A DNA stretch of 20,000 nt, taken from the IMG/VR virus record IMGVR_UViG_2648501751_000004; one strand, written 5' to 3'. This document shows positions 1-8,699 of this stretch, in pieces (position 1 is the first letter of the stretch; the number at the start of each line of letters is the position of its first letter). This DNA is from an uncultured virus (IMG/VR IMGVR_UViG_2648501751_000004). Lineage: Duplodnaviria; Heunggongvirae; Uroviricota; Caudoviricetes. The notes below the pieces were generated by a model, which worked only from the letters and a program-made list of their open reading frames with translations, searched no databases and was not told where the DNA came from. The position numbers and the translations under genes are program-made.

Positions 1-706
1 CAGCCTCGTAGTTGGCCGCCGTGAAGTCCTGGCGGGACCGCACCACCAACTGCCACAGGCCGGGGCCTGCGTTCACCCGGGCATCCACGCCGAACAGGAA
101 CTTGTCCTTCATGAACACTTCGGAGTCCGTCAGGCTGGTAATCGAGCGGAAGTCATAGTCCCGGCGGCGCTGGAACACCAGCGGCTTGATCGCGCGGGTC
201 AGGTCCATCACGTACCAGGCCGGGCCAACACCGCCCATGTCGTTGCTCACGGACTGTTCCGCGCCGTTCTCATCCAGCACCGGGTGGTCGGTGTCGAACA
301 GCGGCTGGCCGTCGTAGCACTCGGGGTTAGCCGTGAGTACTTCCACCGCCAGTTCGTTCGGATGCTCGCGGGAGCTGCGGCCGAACTCCTGGAACACCGG
401 CCCATACAGACCGTAGGTGTCGTCCTCGATGCTGTCGCGGGGCACGCCCTCGGTCAGCTCGAACTTGCGGTTCTTGATCGAGAAGTCCGCGCCCTCGAGG
501 GAGTGGATAACCCGATCACCTACCCATTCGCGCAAACGCGGCAGGGTTTTGAGGAAGGGGTACACCTCCACGGCGGTGGTGCTGGGCACCACGGTACAGA
601 AGCTCTCGTACAGGGAGCCCTGGTCGCCCAGCGAGGTCATGCCCTGCTGGAAGTTCATTCTGTAGGCCTGGAACAGCGCCTGCAGGCTTGCGTTGGTCAA
701 ATCCAT
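1..706 (-). CDS. Mu-like major head subunit (gpT), 3' end truncated by the window edge
   Basis: Not in the ORF track. Manual translation from ATG 706 (SD AGGAG upstream): MDLTNASLQALFQAYRMNF...LPRLREWVGDRVIHSL...IKNRKFELTEGVPRDSIEDDTYGLYGP...CYDGQPLFDTDHPV...IKPLVFQRRR...FLFGVDARVNAGPGLWQL. These are typical Mu gpT motifs, and the frame is open to position 1. Confidence 0.93.
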   Translation of the reverse strand, partial: MDLTNASLQALFQAYRMNFQQGMTSLGDQGSLYESFCTVVPSTTAVEVYPFLKTLPRLREWVGDRVIHSLEGADFSIKNRKFELTEGVPRDSIEDDTYGLYGPVFQEFGRSSREHPNELAVEVLTANPECYDGQPLFDTDHPVLDENGAEQSVSNDMGGVGPAWYVMDLTRAIKPLVFQRRRDYDFRSITSLTDSEVFMKDKFLFGVDARVNAGPGLWQLVVRSRQDFTAANYEA

Positions 707-728
707 CGGATGGCTCCTAGGTTATCGG

Positions 729-1160
729 TTAGGCGTTCACGCCGTTGGTCGGGTCGATGTTTACCCAGACGCCGGTGTCGTCGACGCCATCGACGATGCC
801 TGCCACTGAGCGGGTGGCGGTGGCGTCGGTCTTGGCCACCGTCTGGTTGTCGACGATGTAACAGAGCTTGCCGATGTCGGCGCGCACAACCTCGTCAGCG
901 CCGGCACTGTTGGCAAAATGAAAGCAACCACGGGAAATGGTCACTTCCTTGTCGCCGTCGGCACCGCCTGAGTTATCCACAAACTCGTCGAATCGGCCCA
1001 GGGCGGTCAGCCCGGTGGCCGTGATGCCCGGCTCGGCAAAGCCGCCCGCGCCCATTACAGCGATCGTGCCGGCGTAGGCAATCACGCCTGCCTTGACGGC
1101 GTGGCCCCGGCTGTAACCGGCGCGGGTCGGGGTGTTTCGGTTTTTGGTGGCCGCTACCAT
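729..1160 (-). CDS. Putative capsid decoration/cement protein
   Basis: 143 aa, Gly/Ala/Val-rich (DIGKLCYIVDNQTV...GVWV). It sits between protease/scaffold and major capsid and has SD GGAGG. Confidence 0.7.
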   Translation of the reverse strand: MVAATKNRNTPTRAGYSRGHAVKAGVIAYAGTIAVMGAGGFAEPGITATGLTALGRFDEFVDNSGGADGDKEVTISRGCFHFANSAGADEVVRADIGKLCYIVDNQTVAKTDATATRSVAGIVDGVDDTGVWVNIDPTNGVNA

Positions 1161-1198
1161 CAGGGTGTCCTCCCGTTATTCGGTCAGTGGTTCAACGC

Positions 1199-1753
1199 TC
1201 AGGCCTGGCTGGCCAGCGTCTCTTTGTAGGTCTTGGGGTCCAGGCCCATGTTCTTGCACACGGCCAGCTGCTCTTCGGTCAGCTCACCGTCGTTGTTGCC
1301 TTCAGGCTGCCGGCCGTTGGTCTGGGTGCCCTTGAGGGCGGCAATACCCGGGGCGTCCTTCAGGTGTGCCTTGAGCGCGGCCAGGCCCTGGCTCTTCAGC
1401 CATTCGGCGTGCGCCTTGCCGGCGATGCGGCCATCCTTGAGGCCTTCCTCCACCAGGTTGTTCAGCTCCTGCTGGTCACCGCCTTGCTTCAGGGCGGCCA
1501 GCTGCTGATTCACTTCGTTGTAAACCGCGCGGGGCACGTACTGGGTCAGGTCTGGTTCAGCGGCTTTGCCGGCCTTGCTCTTGAGCGCGGCCACGGCCTC
1601 GGCCGGCTTTTCGTCATCGCCCAGTTCCAGGGCCTGGCGCACTTCGTCTGCCTGGCTGGCTTTGGCTTTCAGGGCGGCCAGGTGCTGGTCGATCTGCTCG
1701 TCGGTGGCGTCGGCTTTGAGGCCCAGCGCCTTGATCAACTGTTCACGTTTCAC
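1199..1753 (-). CDS. Nested in-frame scaffolding protein (Mu gpZ-like), 184 aa
   Basis: Internal GTG at 1753 is preceded by a strong SD (GAGGAGG-aagactcc-GTG) at the protease/coiled-coil boundary. Mu Z is translated from an internal in-frame start within I. Confidence 0.75.
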   Translation of the reverse strand: MKREQLIKALGLKADATDEQIDQHLAALKAKASQADEVRQALELGDDEKPAEAVAALKSKAGKAAEPDLTQYVPRAVYNEVNQQLAALKQGGDQQELNNLVEEGLKDGRIAGKAHAEWLKSQGLAALKAHLKDAPGIAALKGTQTNGRQPEGNNDGELTEEQLAVCKNMGLDPKTYKETLASQA

Positions 1754-2320
1754 GGAGTCTTCCTCCTCGTGTTCGGCTTCATGGGTTGCCATGCGGGCGG
1801 CGGCCAGCTCAGTGATGGCGCCGTCGTCGATGGCAGGCGTGTTGGTGAGTGCGAGATGCAACAGATCCAGCACCGCGCCAGTGCTGGCGTGGTACGGGAA
1901 CACAGGGGAGAGGTAGCGGTACTCCCGGGCCTCAATGGCGGCGCGCGCCTTGTCGGTCCAGTCGATGCGGCCATACAGGCCGTCCTCCCGCCACTCCAGT
2001 GAGCGAGGGTCCACCCAACCGGCCGCCGGGGCCGGCTTGCCGTTGACCTCCGACAGCAGAATCTGGTGCTCGTAGTCGATGGCGATGTCGGTGCTGCGGC
2101 TGGACGCCTTGCGGATCACGGCCTGGGCGCCGGCTTCATCCAGCACCCACGGCCCCTGGCCCGCCATGGAGCCCCGGGGCGCATCAAAGCGGCCGGCAGG
2201 GATCAGCCGGGTCTTGTCGTCGGCCAGCCGCACTTCCAGGGCGCACACCGCAATGGGTTGGCGGGTGGTGGCCTGGCTGCAGGCTGCAAGGGTCTGGGTG
2301 TTCACTGCGTGTCGGTTCAT
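1199..2320 (-). CDS. Mu-like prohead protease I (gp32) with C-terminal scaffold region
   Basis: Motifs IDYEHQ, PAAGW, WTDKARAAIEAREYRYLSPVF and ALTNTPA, followed by an Ala/Lys/Glu-rich coiled-coil C-terminus. Start placed at ATG 2320 (373 aa) rather than 2404, because the upstream stretch contains the predicted promoter. Confidence 0.92.
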   Translation of the reverse strand: MNRHAVNTQTLAACSQATTRQPIAVCALEVRLADDKTRLIPAGRFDAPRGSMAGQGPWVLDEAGAQAVIRKASSRSTDIAIDYEHQILLSEVNGKPAPAAGWVDPRSLEWREDGLYGRIDWTDKARAAIEAREYRYLSPVFPYHASTGAVLDLLHLALTNTPAIDDGAITELAAARMATHEAEHEEEDSVKREQLIKALGLKADATDEQIDQHLAALKAKASQADEVRQALELGDDEKPAEAVAALKSKAGKAAEPDLTQYVPRAVYNEVNQQLAALKQGGDQQELNNLVEEGLKDGRIAGKAHAEWLKSQGLAALKAHLKDAPGIAALKGTQTNGRQPEGNNDGELTEEQLAVCKNMGLDPKTYKETLASQA

Positions 2321-2326
2321 GGGGCC

Positions 2327-2365
2327 AGATTGCCGGCCCCGGGGTGGAGTCAGGATATAAAGCGG
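2327..2365 (-). promoter_or_regulatory. Putative activator (C/Mor)-dependent late promoter for the head operon (PI-like)
   Basis: CCGCTTTAT (2365-2357), then 24 nt, then -10-like CAATCT (2332-2327). The motif and spacing are identical at 10364-10402. Confidence 0.6.
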
Positions 2366-2446
2366 TTTGGTAGTTTTTGAGGTGTGGGTGGGCGCTTCGC
2401 GCAACCGTGGGTCAGACTGTCGGATCGGATGGCCCGCTGGAGGAAA

Positions 2447-2464
2447 TCTAACGCGGGTCTAACG
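2447..2464. repeat. TCTAACG direct repeat x2 with an 11-bp period in the G-I intergenic region
   Basis: TCTAACG at 2447-2453 and 2458-2464. Confidence 0.6.
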
Positions 2465-2539
2465 GGCCTTTCGGGGTTTTCTGGTGCCATCGCCCCGGGT
2501 GGGCTTTCTGAGTCGCTGTAGCGGCTCTGAGGGCGTTGC

Positions 2540-2989
2540 TTAATTCAAACCCAGGGGGTGGCCCATGAAATCGAGCAGGGTCTGCACGGCAGCACGCTCA
2601 TCATCCGGTGACAGGCCCAGCCAGGGGCGGGCCGGAATACCGCGCTCATCGTCACCGAACTGGTGGGTAGCTGCGTACACCCGATCGCTGCCGTACTCGA
2701 GCTGGTCCGCATCGGCCCGGTAGCGCTGAGTGTCTCGCAGATAGGTGTTCAATACCAGGATCTCATCCTTGCGGCGCTTCTTCCGTTTGCGGTAGGCCTC
2801 GCTCAGGGGCTCCCACGGTTCGCCTTCCGGGCTCTCCTGGGCGTCGAACCGGTCGCGGTGGCTCAGCAGCAGGTCTTCGCCGATGGCCTCGAACGCGGGG
2901 CGGGCGTTGCCGCCCCGGTCGGCCAGCGCCTGCAGGGCTCGCTCCAGCCGCTCGGTCTCGATGCGCCATTGCAGGTTCACCCCGGCCAT
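2540..2989 (-). CDS. Phage virion morphogenesis protein (Mu gpG-like)
   Basis: RFDAQESPEGEPWEPLS...YAATHQFG...IPARPWLGLS motifs. Follows F with a TGATG overlap. Confidence 0.9.
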   Translation of the reverse strand: MAGVNLQWRIETERLERALQALADRGGNARPAFEAIGEDLLLSHRDRFDAQESPEGEPWEPLSEAYRKRKKRRKDEILVLNTYLRDTQRYRADADQLEYGSDRVYAATHQFGDDERGIPARPWLGLSPDDERAAVQTLLDFMGHPLGLN

Positions 2990-4230
2990 CAGTCGTCCTC
3001 ACCCCGGCGGTACAGCCGCACGCCCTGGCGCAGGCGCTGCAGCTCGGCGTTGTCTTCTCCGGTGGCGGTGGTACCCGCCCAGCCATCGCGGCCCCACTCA
3101 AAGATGGCCACGGCCACGCCCTCATCACCTGGCAGCGCAAAACGGGCCAGGTAACGCCGGCGCAACACCGCCCGCTGGTCATCGCCGGGCAGCTCGGCCG
3201 CCACCCAGATCTCGTCCGGATCGCGCAGCGCCTCGGCCAGCACGCCCAGGTATCGGCGGTCGGTGCCGGCCGGCAACTGCCAGGCATCGTCAGCGGCCTG
3301 GAACAGCGCCTCGCTGATGGGCAGAGGCTCACCAACGGCGTCATCAAAGCGCACGGGTTCACCACCACGGCGGGCACCGAACACACCGAGGAATCGGTCC
3401 ACGGCGGCCGTGTCGCTCTCCGCCTGGTCCGGCAGATCAACGCCAAAGCGGCGGGGCCCGGGCATCGGGTCAGTCGCTGGCCGGGGCGGGAATGGCCCGC
3501 GTGTGCCGCGTAACGGGCCGTCCAGTTGCGGCGGGGTTACGCTGCGCACCCGATCGGCACCCGGGCGGTGCTCAAAGCCGGGGTCGATACCCTTCGGTAC
3601 ACGCACGGTGCGTGGGCTGGGGCCATTGGCCCCCACCACTTTCTCCTCCCACTCGATCTCCGGGCCCTGGTCCAGCACGGTGTAGCCCCGGCGCTCGGCC
3701 TCGGCCCGGCTGATCATGTACTTCTTGCAGGTGCAGCCCCAGCCATTCTTCGGGCTCCACACACCCCACCAGGGATCGTCCAGCGGCACCACCTTGCCAT
3801 CGTTGGCCAGGTGTTCCGGGCGGGGGTTCTCGCTGCCGCCGTGGCGGTAGAGCCCGAACGGCCGCAGGCGGCGCAGCTCCGGGTCCGCCATCTGCGCTTC
3901 ACGTCCGGCGTTGTAGCTCTGCATCAGGTTGGTTTCGTAGATCACCCGCGTGCGCCAGCCCCGGGAGCCGTTGTAGCTCCAGCCGTGGCGCTCCACGATC
4001 TGGTCGAAGTCCTTGCGGAAGTCCTGCAGGGTGGTGCCGTTCTCGATGGCCTTGAGCACCGAGCGCTGGAAGTCCTCCACGATGGCCATGCGATTGGCAC
4101 CAGCGACCATGAAGGCGTGATCGTTCTCGCGGCCGTAGATGTCGGTCCAGGCGCGGGTGGGCACGGCCACCTTCTCGCGCAGGTACTCGATCTGTTCCCG
4201 GAACGGCAGGTTGCCATAGCGCACGGCCAT
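2989..4230 (-). CDS. Mu gpF-like minor head protein with a C-terminal extension (PBECR2-like nuclease fold suspected)
   Basis: N-terminal Mu-F domain (AFMVAGA, RTRVIYETN, RPEH, PKNGWGCTC), a Pro-rich linker, then a C-terminal domain LRDPDEIW...RRRYLARF...GWAGTTA. Confidence 0.88.
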   Translation of the reverse strand: MAVRYGNLPFREQIEYLREKVAVPTRAWTDIYGRENDHAFMVAGANRMAIVEDFQRSVLKAIENGTTLQDFRKDFDQIVERHGWSYNGSRGWRTRVIYETNLMQSYNAGREAQMADPELRRLRPFGLYRHGGSENPRPEHLANDGKVVPLDDPWWGVWSPKNGWGCTCKKYMISRAEAERRGYTVLDQGPEIEWEEKVVGANGPSPRTVRVPKGIDPGFEHRPGADRVRSVTPPQLDGPLRGTRGPFPPRPATDPMPGPRRFGVDLPDQAESDTAAVDRFLGVFGARRGGEPVRFDDAVGEPLPISEALFQAADDAWQLPAGTDRRYLGVLAEALRDPDEIWVAAELPGDDQRAVLRRRYLARFALPGDEGVAVAIFEWGRDGWAGTTATGEDNAELQRLRQGVRLYRRGEDD

Positions 4231-5858
4231 CAGCGCACCTCATCCAGCAGGTCGGCACGACCGGCCAGCTGGGCGGCGGCCAGGGCATCGCCCATCACCT
4301 CCGCCAGGTTGCCGATCGGCAGGCTCGCCGACAGCTCCACCAGGCGGTCGCGCAGGTCTTCCAGACTCTCGGCCTGTTCCACCGCCTGGCGAATGGCTTC
4401 CACCTGGGCGGTCTCGGCCTCGGCGGCGGCTTTGGCCAGAGTCTCCAACTGTGCGGCCTGCTCCTCGCCATCCAGGTTGGGCTCGTCCTGGCGCAGGGCT
4501 GCTATCGGTTGCGGGGTGTCGGGTTGGGCCGTCAGTGCCTGGCGCAGCACACTCAGGCCAGGGGCCTCCGGCTTCTGTTTCGGCTGCAGCACTTCGTCGT
4601 CGTCAGCCGCTCGGGGAATGCCGGTGCGCTCATGCAGCCACCAGGTGGGGATGCGCGCACCCATGTCGACAAACACCGGCAATGACTCCGACAGCGTCTT
4701 GTAGTCCTCGGTCTCGCCCATGTCGAGGTAGAAGCGCGGGGCCCGGTTGACCTTCTCGATGCCGTAGTTCAGGCAGGCCATCGGCCACAGAATATCCCGG
4801 CGAATGGTGCCGGCGTACTGGCGCACGTCGGAACGGATCAGGCTGGCCTGGCCGCGCTCATGAACATTACCCAGAGCATTGGTGTTGGTGCCTTCGCCCG
4901 TGCCGCTGGTGAGCGTGCCGCCCAGGATGGCCTTGGCCTTGGCGCGCTCGCACCAGTTCATCATGGCCACGTACACATCGGCCCGGCCCTGGGCCGCTTC
5001 CAGGAAGTCGATGGCCATGCCTTCGGGGATGATGCCGGCAGCGTTCTGGCCCAGGGTGACCACCGCCCGCAACAGGGTGGCTTTTTCCTTGTCGGAGGCG
5101 TTGCGGGGGTACTTGCCCACCCGCGCCGGCATGCCGTAGATCTCCAGCAGCTGGGCCAGGTCGCCCAGGGCGTAGTTCTGGAACAGGTACGGCCACACCA
5201 GCATGCGGTGCAGGCCGCTGCGGGCGATGTAGCCGGGCTTGGCCTTGTGCCGGTGCTGAACCCAGCCCAGTGGCCATAGTGGTGCACCGGTCAGGCTCAT
5301 GTCACGCAGGGTGAGCTGGTTCTGGTCATCCGGGTGCAGGCGGAACCAAGACTGCGGCCGCAGCTGCGGCTGCTCGATGTAGCGCAGGCTGCCATCACGG
5401 CCCCAGGACAACTCCAAATTGGAAAAGCCATGGCCGATGGCGGAGCCCATGTCCAGGATCAGGTCTTCCACTTCCAGCGAGCTGAAAACCTCGGCGGCGT
5501 GCTCGGCGGCCTTACGCTCGGCGCTGCTCGCACCATCCGGCGGCACAATCTGCCACTCCAGTTCGGCGGCCAGCTGCCGGCGCTTGCCCAGATCCGCACC
5601 GATCTGGGGGTCTTTCTCTTCCATGTCCTCGAACAGTTCGTGCTGGGCCTTGGGATCGCCGTGCTCGGCGGCTTCCAGGATCTCGTACAGCCTGGCCGGG
5701 GTCAGCCCCTTGGTGGGGTGCTCCGCAAACTCCCGGCGCAGGATGCCCACGCGGGCCTCCTGGGTCTGCTGTTCTTCCAGGGCCTTGCCCAGGTCTTCCT
5801 TGCCTTCGCCGTCATCGCCAAACAGGCGGCCGGCCAGGCGTTTCAGTCCGTTCACCAT
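4230..5858 (-). CDS. Portal protein (Mu gp29/DUF935 family)
   Basis: 542 aa with GLTPARL, LFEDMEEKD, EIYGMPARVGKY, AILGGTLT and ALGNVH. Located downstream of the terminase. Confidence 0.93.
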   Translation of the reverse strand: MVNGLKRLAGRLFGDDGEGKEDLGKALEEQQTQEARVGILRREFAEHPTKGLTPARLYEILEAAEHGDPKAQHELFEDMEEKDPQIGADLGKRRQLAAELEWQIVPPDGASSAERKAAEHAAEVFSSLEVEDLILDMGSAIGHGFSNLELSWGRDGSLRYIEQPQLRPQSWFRLHPDDQNQLTLRDMSLTGAPLWPLGWVQHRHKAKPGYIARSGLHRMLVWPYLFQNYALGDLAQLLEIYGMPARVGKYPRNASDKEKATLLRAVVTLGQNAAGIIPEGMAIDFLEAAQGRADVYVAMMNWCERAKAKAILGGTLTSGTGEGTNTNALGNVHERGQASLIRSDVRQYAGTIRRDILWPMACLNYGIEKVNRAPRFYLDMGETEDYKTLSESLPVFVDMGARIPTWWLHERTGIPRAADDDEVLQPKQKPEAPGLSVLRQALTAQPDTPQPIAALRQDEPNLDGEEQAAQLETLAKAAAEAETAQVEAIRQAVEQAESLEDLRDRLVELSASLPIGNLAEVMGDALAAAQLAGRADLLDEVR

Positions 5859-7396
5859 GCACCACCTCCAATGCCAAAGCCGGATAGATTCAAATTGTCC
5901 CCGTCGTCATCGTTGTGGCTGCCCGGGCGGGGTGCCGGGGTGAATTCGATTTCCACGCCGTCCATATCGGAGGCGCTGTCGGCCAGCACGATGGCCATGG
6001 CGGCGTCACCGTGGCGGGTGCCGGCCTTGTTGGTCTTGCCCTCCGGCAGTCGGGCCACACCGCGCACCAGGGTAAAGGCGCGGTAGTCTTCCAGCAGCTC
6101 GTCACTCTTAGGGATGGTAATGCCGCCATCCTCAAACCGGGCCTTGTGCTTGGGCATGCGCTCGCGGTACCAGTTTTCGGTGGCCATCACCTGGTCCACC
6201 AGTGAGCCCCACTCATCCCGGGCGGCCTCGCCCAGGTAACTGCCGTTGCCCCGGCTGTCGATGGCCACGCCGCACAGCCTGGGCAGGCCGTTGCCAACGG
6301 CGAACAGCACCTGTTCCTGCTGCTTGAACGGCACGTTGTGCATCTCCACCAGGAACGGCACCGTGCGGTGCAGGGTGGAGCCGATCTCCATGGGGGCAAT
6401 CACCGACAGGTCACCGCTGCGGGCAAAGTCCTGGCCCAGGGCATGGCGGCGCTGCCGGTCCAGGGTGCGCAGCACGGGCTCCAGGTGCTCGCGGATCCAG
6501 TCGCCCATGGCGTCCCGGCGGGCAGGTTCCGGCAGGGCGTTGAACTCGCGGGTACCGTCAAAGCGCAGCACCGGGGCATCGGCCATGCAGGCCTCCACCT
6601 GTACCCGTGTCAGGTAGCTGCCGCCACCCAGGGCCGGAATGCAGAACAGCTCCTCGTCTTCGTTGGGCTTGTAGCGGTTGATCAGTTGCTGGCGCCACTG
6701 CACCTCCGCCTCGCGGGTCCAGGTCTGACCGGTGACCTGGCAGATGCGCCGGTACAGGCCATCGGCCAGGGCGTTGTCCAGGTCCACACGGTGCAGGCTG
6801 TAGTCGTAACGCCCGGCGCGGATGTCGTTGATCAGCGTATTGAACGGGTTGTCCTCGCCGTTGTGGGTGCTGATGATGCGGATCTGGCCGCCCCAGATGG
6901 TCATGGCCATGGCGGCCTTCAGCAGCTCCTCGATGTCGTCGACGAAGGCGGCCTCATCAATCACCAGGCGCTCACCGGGCCGGCCCTTGGAGCGCAGGTT
7001 GCGCGGGTTGCTGGTGAACGCCTGGATCTGATGGCCGGAATCAAACTTGATAGTGTAGGTGAGGATCTGTTTGTCATCCGCTTCGATCACGGACTCCTCG
7101 ATCTGGCTGGCAGCAGCCTGGTATGCCTTGGCCCAGCCGGCGCAGTCCTGGATAAACCCCTGGGTCATCTCCTTGTTGTAGGAGATGTAATAGACGTTGG
7201 CGCCCTCGTCGCTGGCCGCGTACAGAACATCGTCAGCCGCCTCGGCGTAGGACAGGCCGATCCGGCGGCTTTTCTCAATCACCTTTACAGCGCTGTTATC
7301 CGCCACCCACTTCTGCTGGTAACCCAGCAGGATGGCAGCGGTGCTGACCGGCTGGCTCGCGTCGGCCACAGCCTGGGCGAGGGGCTTCTGGTTCAT
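5852..7396 (-). CDS. Terminase large subunit (Mu gp28-like)
   Basis: LLGYQQKW adenine-binding motif, Walker A-like KSRRIGLS, Walker B LVIDEAAF, motif III IISTHNG, nuclease acidic motifs GQDFARSGD and HGDAAMA. Confidence 0.93.
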   Translation of the reverse strand: MNQKPLAQAVADASQPVSTAAILLGYQQKWVADNSAVKVIEKSRRIGLSYAEAADDVLYAASDEGANVYYISYNKEMTQGFIQDCAGWAKAYQAAASQIEESVIEADDKQILTYTIKFDSGHQIQAFTSNPRNLRSKGRPGERLVIDEAAFVDDIEELLKAAMAMTIWGGQIRIISTHNGEDNPFNTLINDIRAGRYDYSLHRVDLDNALADGLYRRICQVTGQTWTREAEVQWRQQLINRYKPNEDEELFCIPALGGGSYLTRVQVEACMADAPVLRFDGTREFNALPEPARRDAMGDWIREHLEPVLRTLDRQRRHALGQDFARSGDLSVIAPMEIGSTLHRTVPFLVEMHNVPFKQQEQVLFAVGNGLPRLCGVAIDSRGNGSYLGEAARDEWGSLVDQVMATENWYRERMPKHKARFEDGGITIPKSDELLEDYRAFTLVRGVARLPEGKTNKAGTRHGDAAMAIVLADSASDMDGVEIEFTPAPRPGSHNDDDGDNLNLSGFGIGGGAW

Positions 7397-7977
7397 GCCA
7401 TGCCCTCAAGAATGGCCGCACGCAGGGCGGCCACGCCCTCTTTGGACAGGCCCTGGGCCCGGGCGGCGCTCTCGGCGCTCGCAGCCGCTTCTTCCGCCGC
7501 GCGTTCACGTTCCTGTTTGCGGATCTCCGCCTCGCGCTTGACGTTCTCGGAGCTGGCCCGCTCCAGCCGGGTAACGGACAGGGACAGTTCCTTGACCATC
7601 TCAATCACCGCCGGCATGGACTCTTCAGTCAGCTCGCCCTCCTGGAGCTTCAGCGCCAGGTCAAAGGCCATGGAGCGGAGCATCTCGTTCACCAGGTTGC
7701 CGAGCTGGCCCTGAGGCTGTGCACCCAGCTTGGCAATCCACATCTCCGCCACTTCGCGGCTCTGGCGCAGTTTCTCACCCACCTGGTTCATGCGCACGGC
7801 GTAGCGGTTGACGGCGCTCTTGCTCAGGCGCTCTTCGTGCCCTTCCGCCTCCAGGATGTCGTTGATTCGCGCCGTGGCCTGCAACTGGGTAACGCGGGGG
7901 TCGCGCAGCAGCGCTTGCAGCTGCTCGCGCACGTCGTCCGGCAGGCGCTCAACACTGCCCGGTCTCACTCGGCCCAT
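7393..7977 (-). CDS. Putative terminase small subunit (Mu gp27/DUF3486-like)
   Basis: SVERLPDDVREQL...LSKSAVNRY HTH-like N-terminus. Coupled to the large terminase by an ATGA overlap. Confidence 0.85.
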   Translation of the reverse strand: MGRVRPGSVERLPDDVREQLQALLRDPRVTQLQATARINDILEAEGHEERLSKSAVNRYAVRMNQVGEKLRQSREVAEMWIAKLGAQPQGQLGNLVNEMLRSMAFDLALKLQEGELTEESMPAVIEMVKELSLSVTRLERASSENVKREAEIRKQERERAAEEAAASAESAARAQGLSKEGVAALRAAILEGMA

Positions 7978-7980
7978 GGT

Positions 7981-8277
7981 TCAGCCCTCCAGGCGCGGCC
8001 GCGCCACGCCGGGCACGCGGGCACGGCCCAGGGCCACGTCCTCGCCCCGGGCGGTCAGGCGCGCCACTTGAATGTCTCCGGCCTGTGTCAGCGTCACCAG
8101 TCCCTGTTCCTGAAGCCAGGCCAGCTCCGTGCGCAGCGCATCCCGGGACAGCTCATGCCCCACACTGCCCAGAACACCCCGCAATACCGCCTCGTTGTGG
8201 CTGTATCCGGGGTCTTCCTCCAGCGCCTGCAGGATTACCAGGCGTTGGTCTGCCGCTGTGTACTGGCGGTAATTCAT
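7981..8277 (-). CDS. Mu gp26-like small winged-helix protein
   Basis: DQRLVILQAL...LAWLQEQGLV...LTARGEDVALGRARVPGVARP, typical of Mu gp26 homologues. Position is syntenic. Confidence 0.8.
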   Translation of the reverse strand: MNYRQYTAADQRLVILQALEEDPGYSHNEAVLRGVLGSVGHELSRDALRTELAWLQEQGLVTLTQAGDIQVARLTARGEDVALGRARVPGVARPRLEG

Positions 8278-8690
8278 GTGTCACCCCGCTTCTCGTTTAA
8301 CAGGTACTCATTGATCATGGCCAACTGCCGGTTCATGGCGACCATCTGGCCGCTCATGTTCTCCATTTGCTCAGCCACCCGGCTCATCCGTTTGTGGGTG
8401 ATGGCCATGTCGTGGTGCGTGGGTACCACTGTCAGCTGGTGCTCCGCCACGTCCATCCGGCGCTCCAGGTGGCCAACCCGGCTTTCCAGGTGACCGCGCT
8501 TTTCGTCATCATCGTCTTCCTTGTCGTCCATGCGCTGGGTGAGCGCTGCCGAGACCTTCTCGATGGCCCGGGCGTTCACCTTGCTGCGTTGGGTGATGTG
8601 GGTGTACACGGCCAGCAACACCAGCCCGATCAGCTGCAACAGATCCAGCCCGAGCTTGAGATAGCCGGGATCAACATCAAACCACCCCAT
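8274..8690 (-). CDS. Membrane-anchored coiled-coil protein (Mu gp25/DUF2730-like)
   Basis: One N-terminal TM segment followed by a coiled coil ending in INEYLLNEK. Sits between spanins and gp26. Confidence 0.72.
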   Translation of the reverse strand: MGWFDVDPGYLKLGLDLLQLIGLVLLAVYTHITQRSKVNARAIEKVSAALTQRMDDKEDDDDEKRGHLESRVGHLERRMDVAEHQLTVVPTHHDMAITHKRMSRVAEQMENMSGQMVAMNRQLAMINEYLLNEKRGDT

Positions 8691-8699
8691 AACGTCCCC

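Noticed and set aside
2321..2404. N-terminal extension of the protease ORF to 2404
   Set aside because: It uses a non-ATG start and overlaps the predicted promoter. ATG 2320 fits better.
2366..2539. Possible anti-CRISPR/aca locus between G and I, as in some Pseudomonas Mu-like phages
   Set aside because: The interval is under 200 bp and contains no credible ORF or HTH aca gene.
6870..6876. Second CTGATGA hammerhead-like core
   Set aside because: It lies antisense within the terminase CDS, with no matching GAAA or stems evident.
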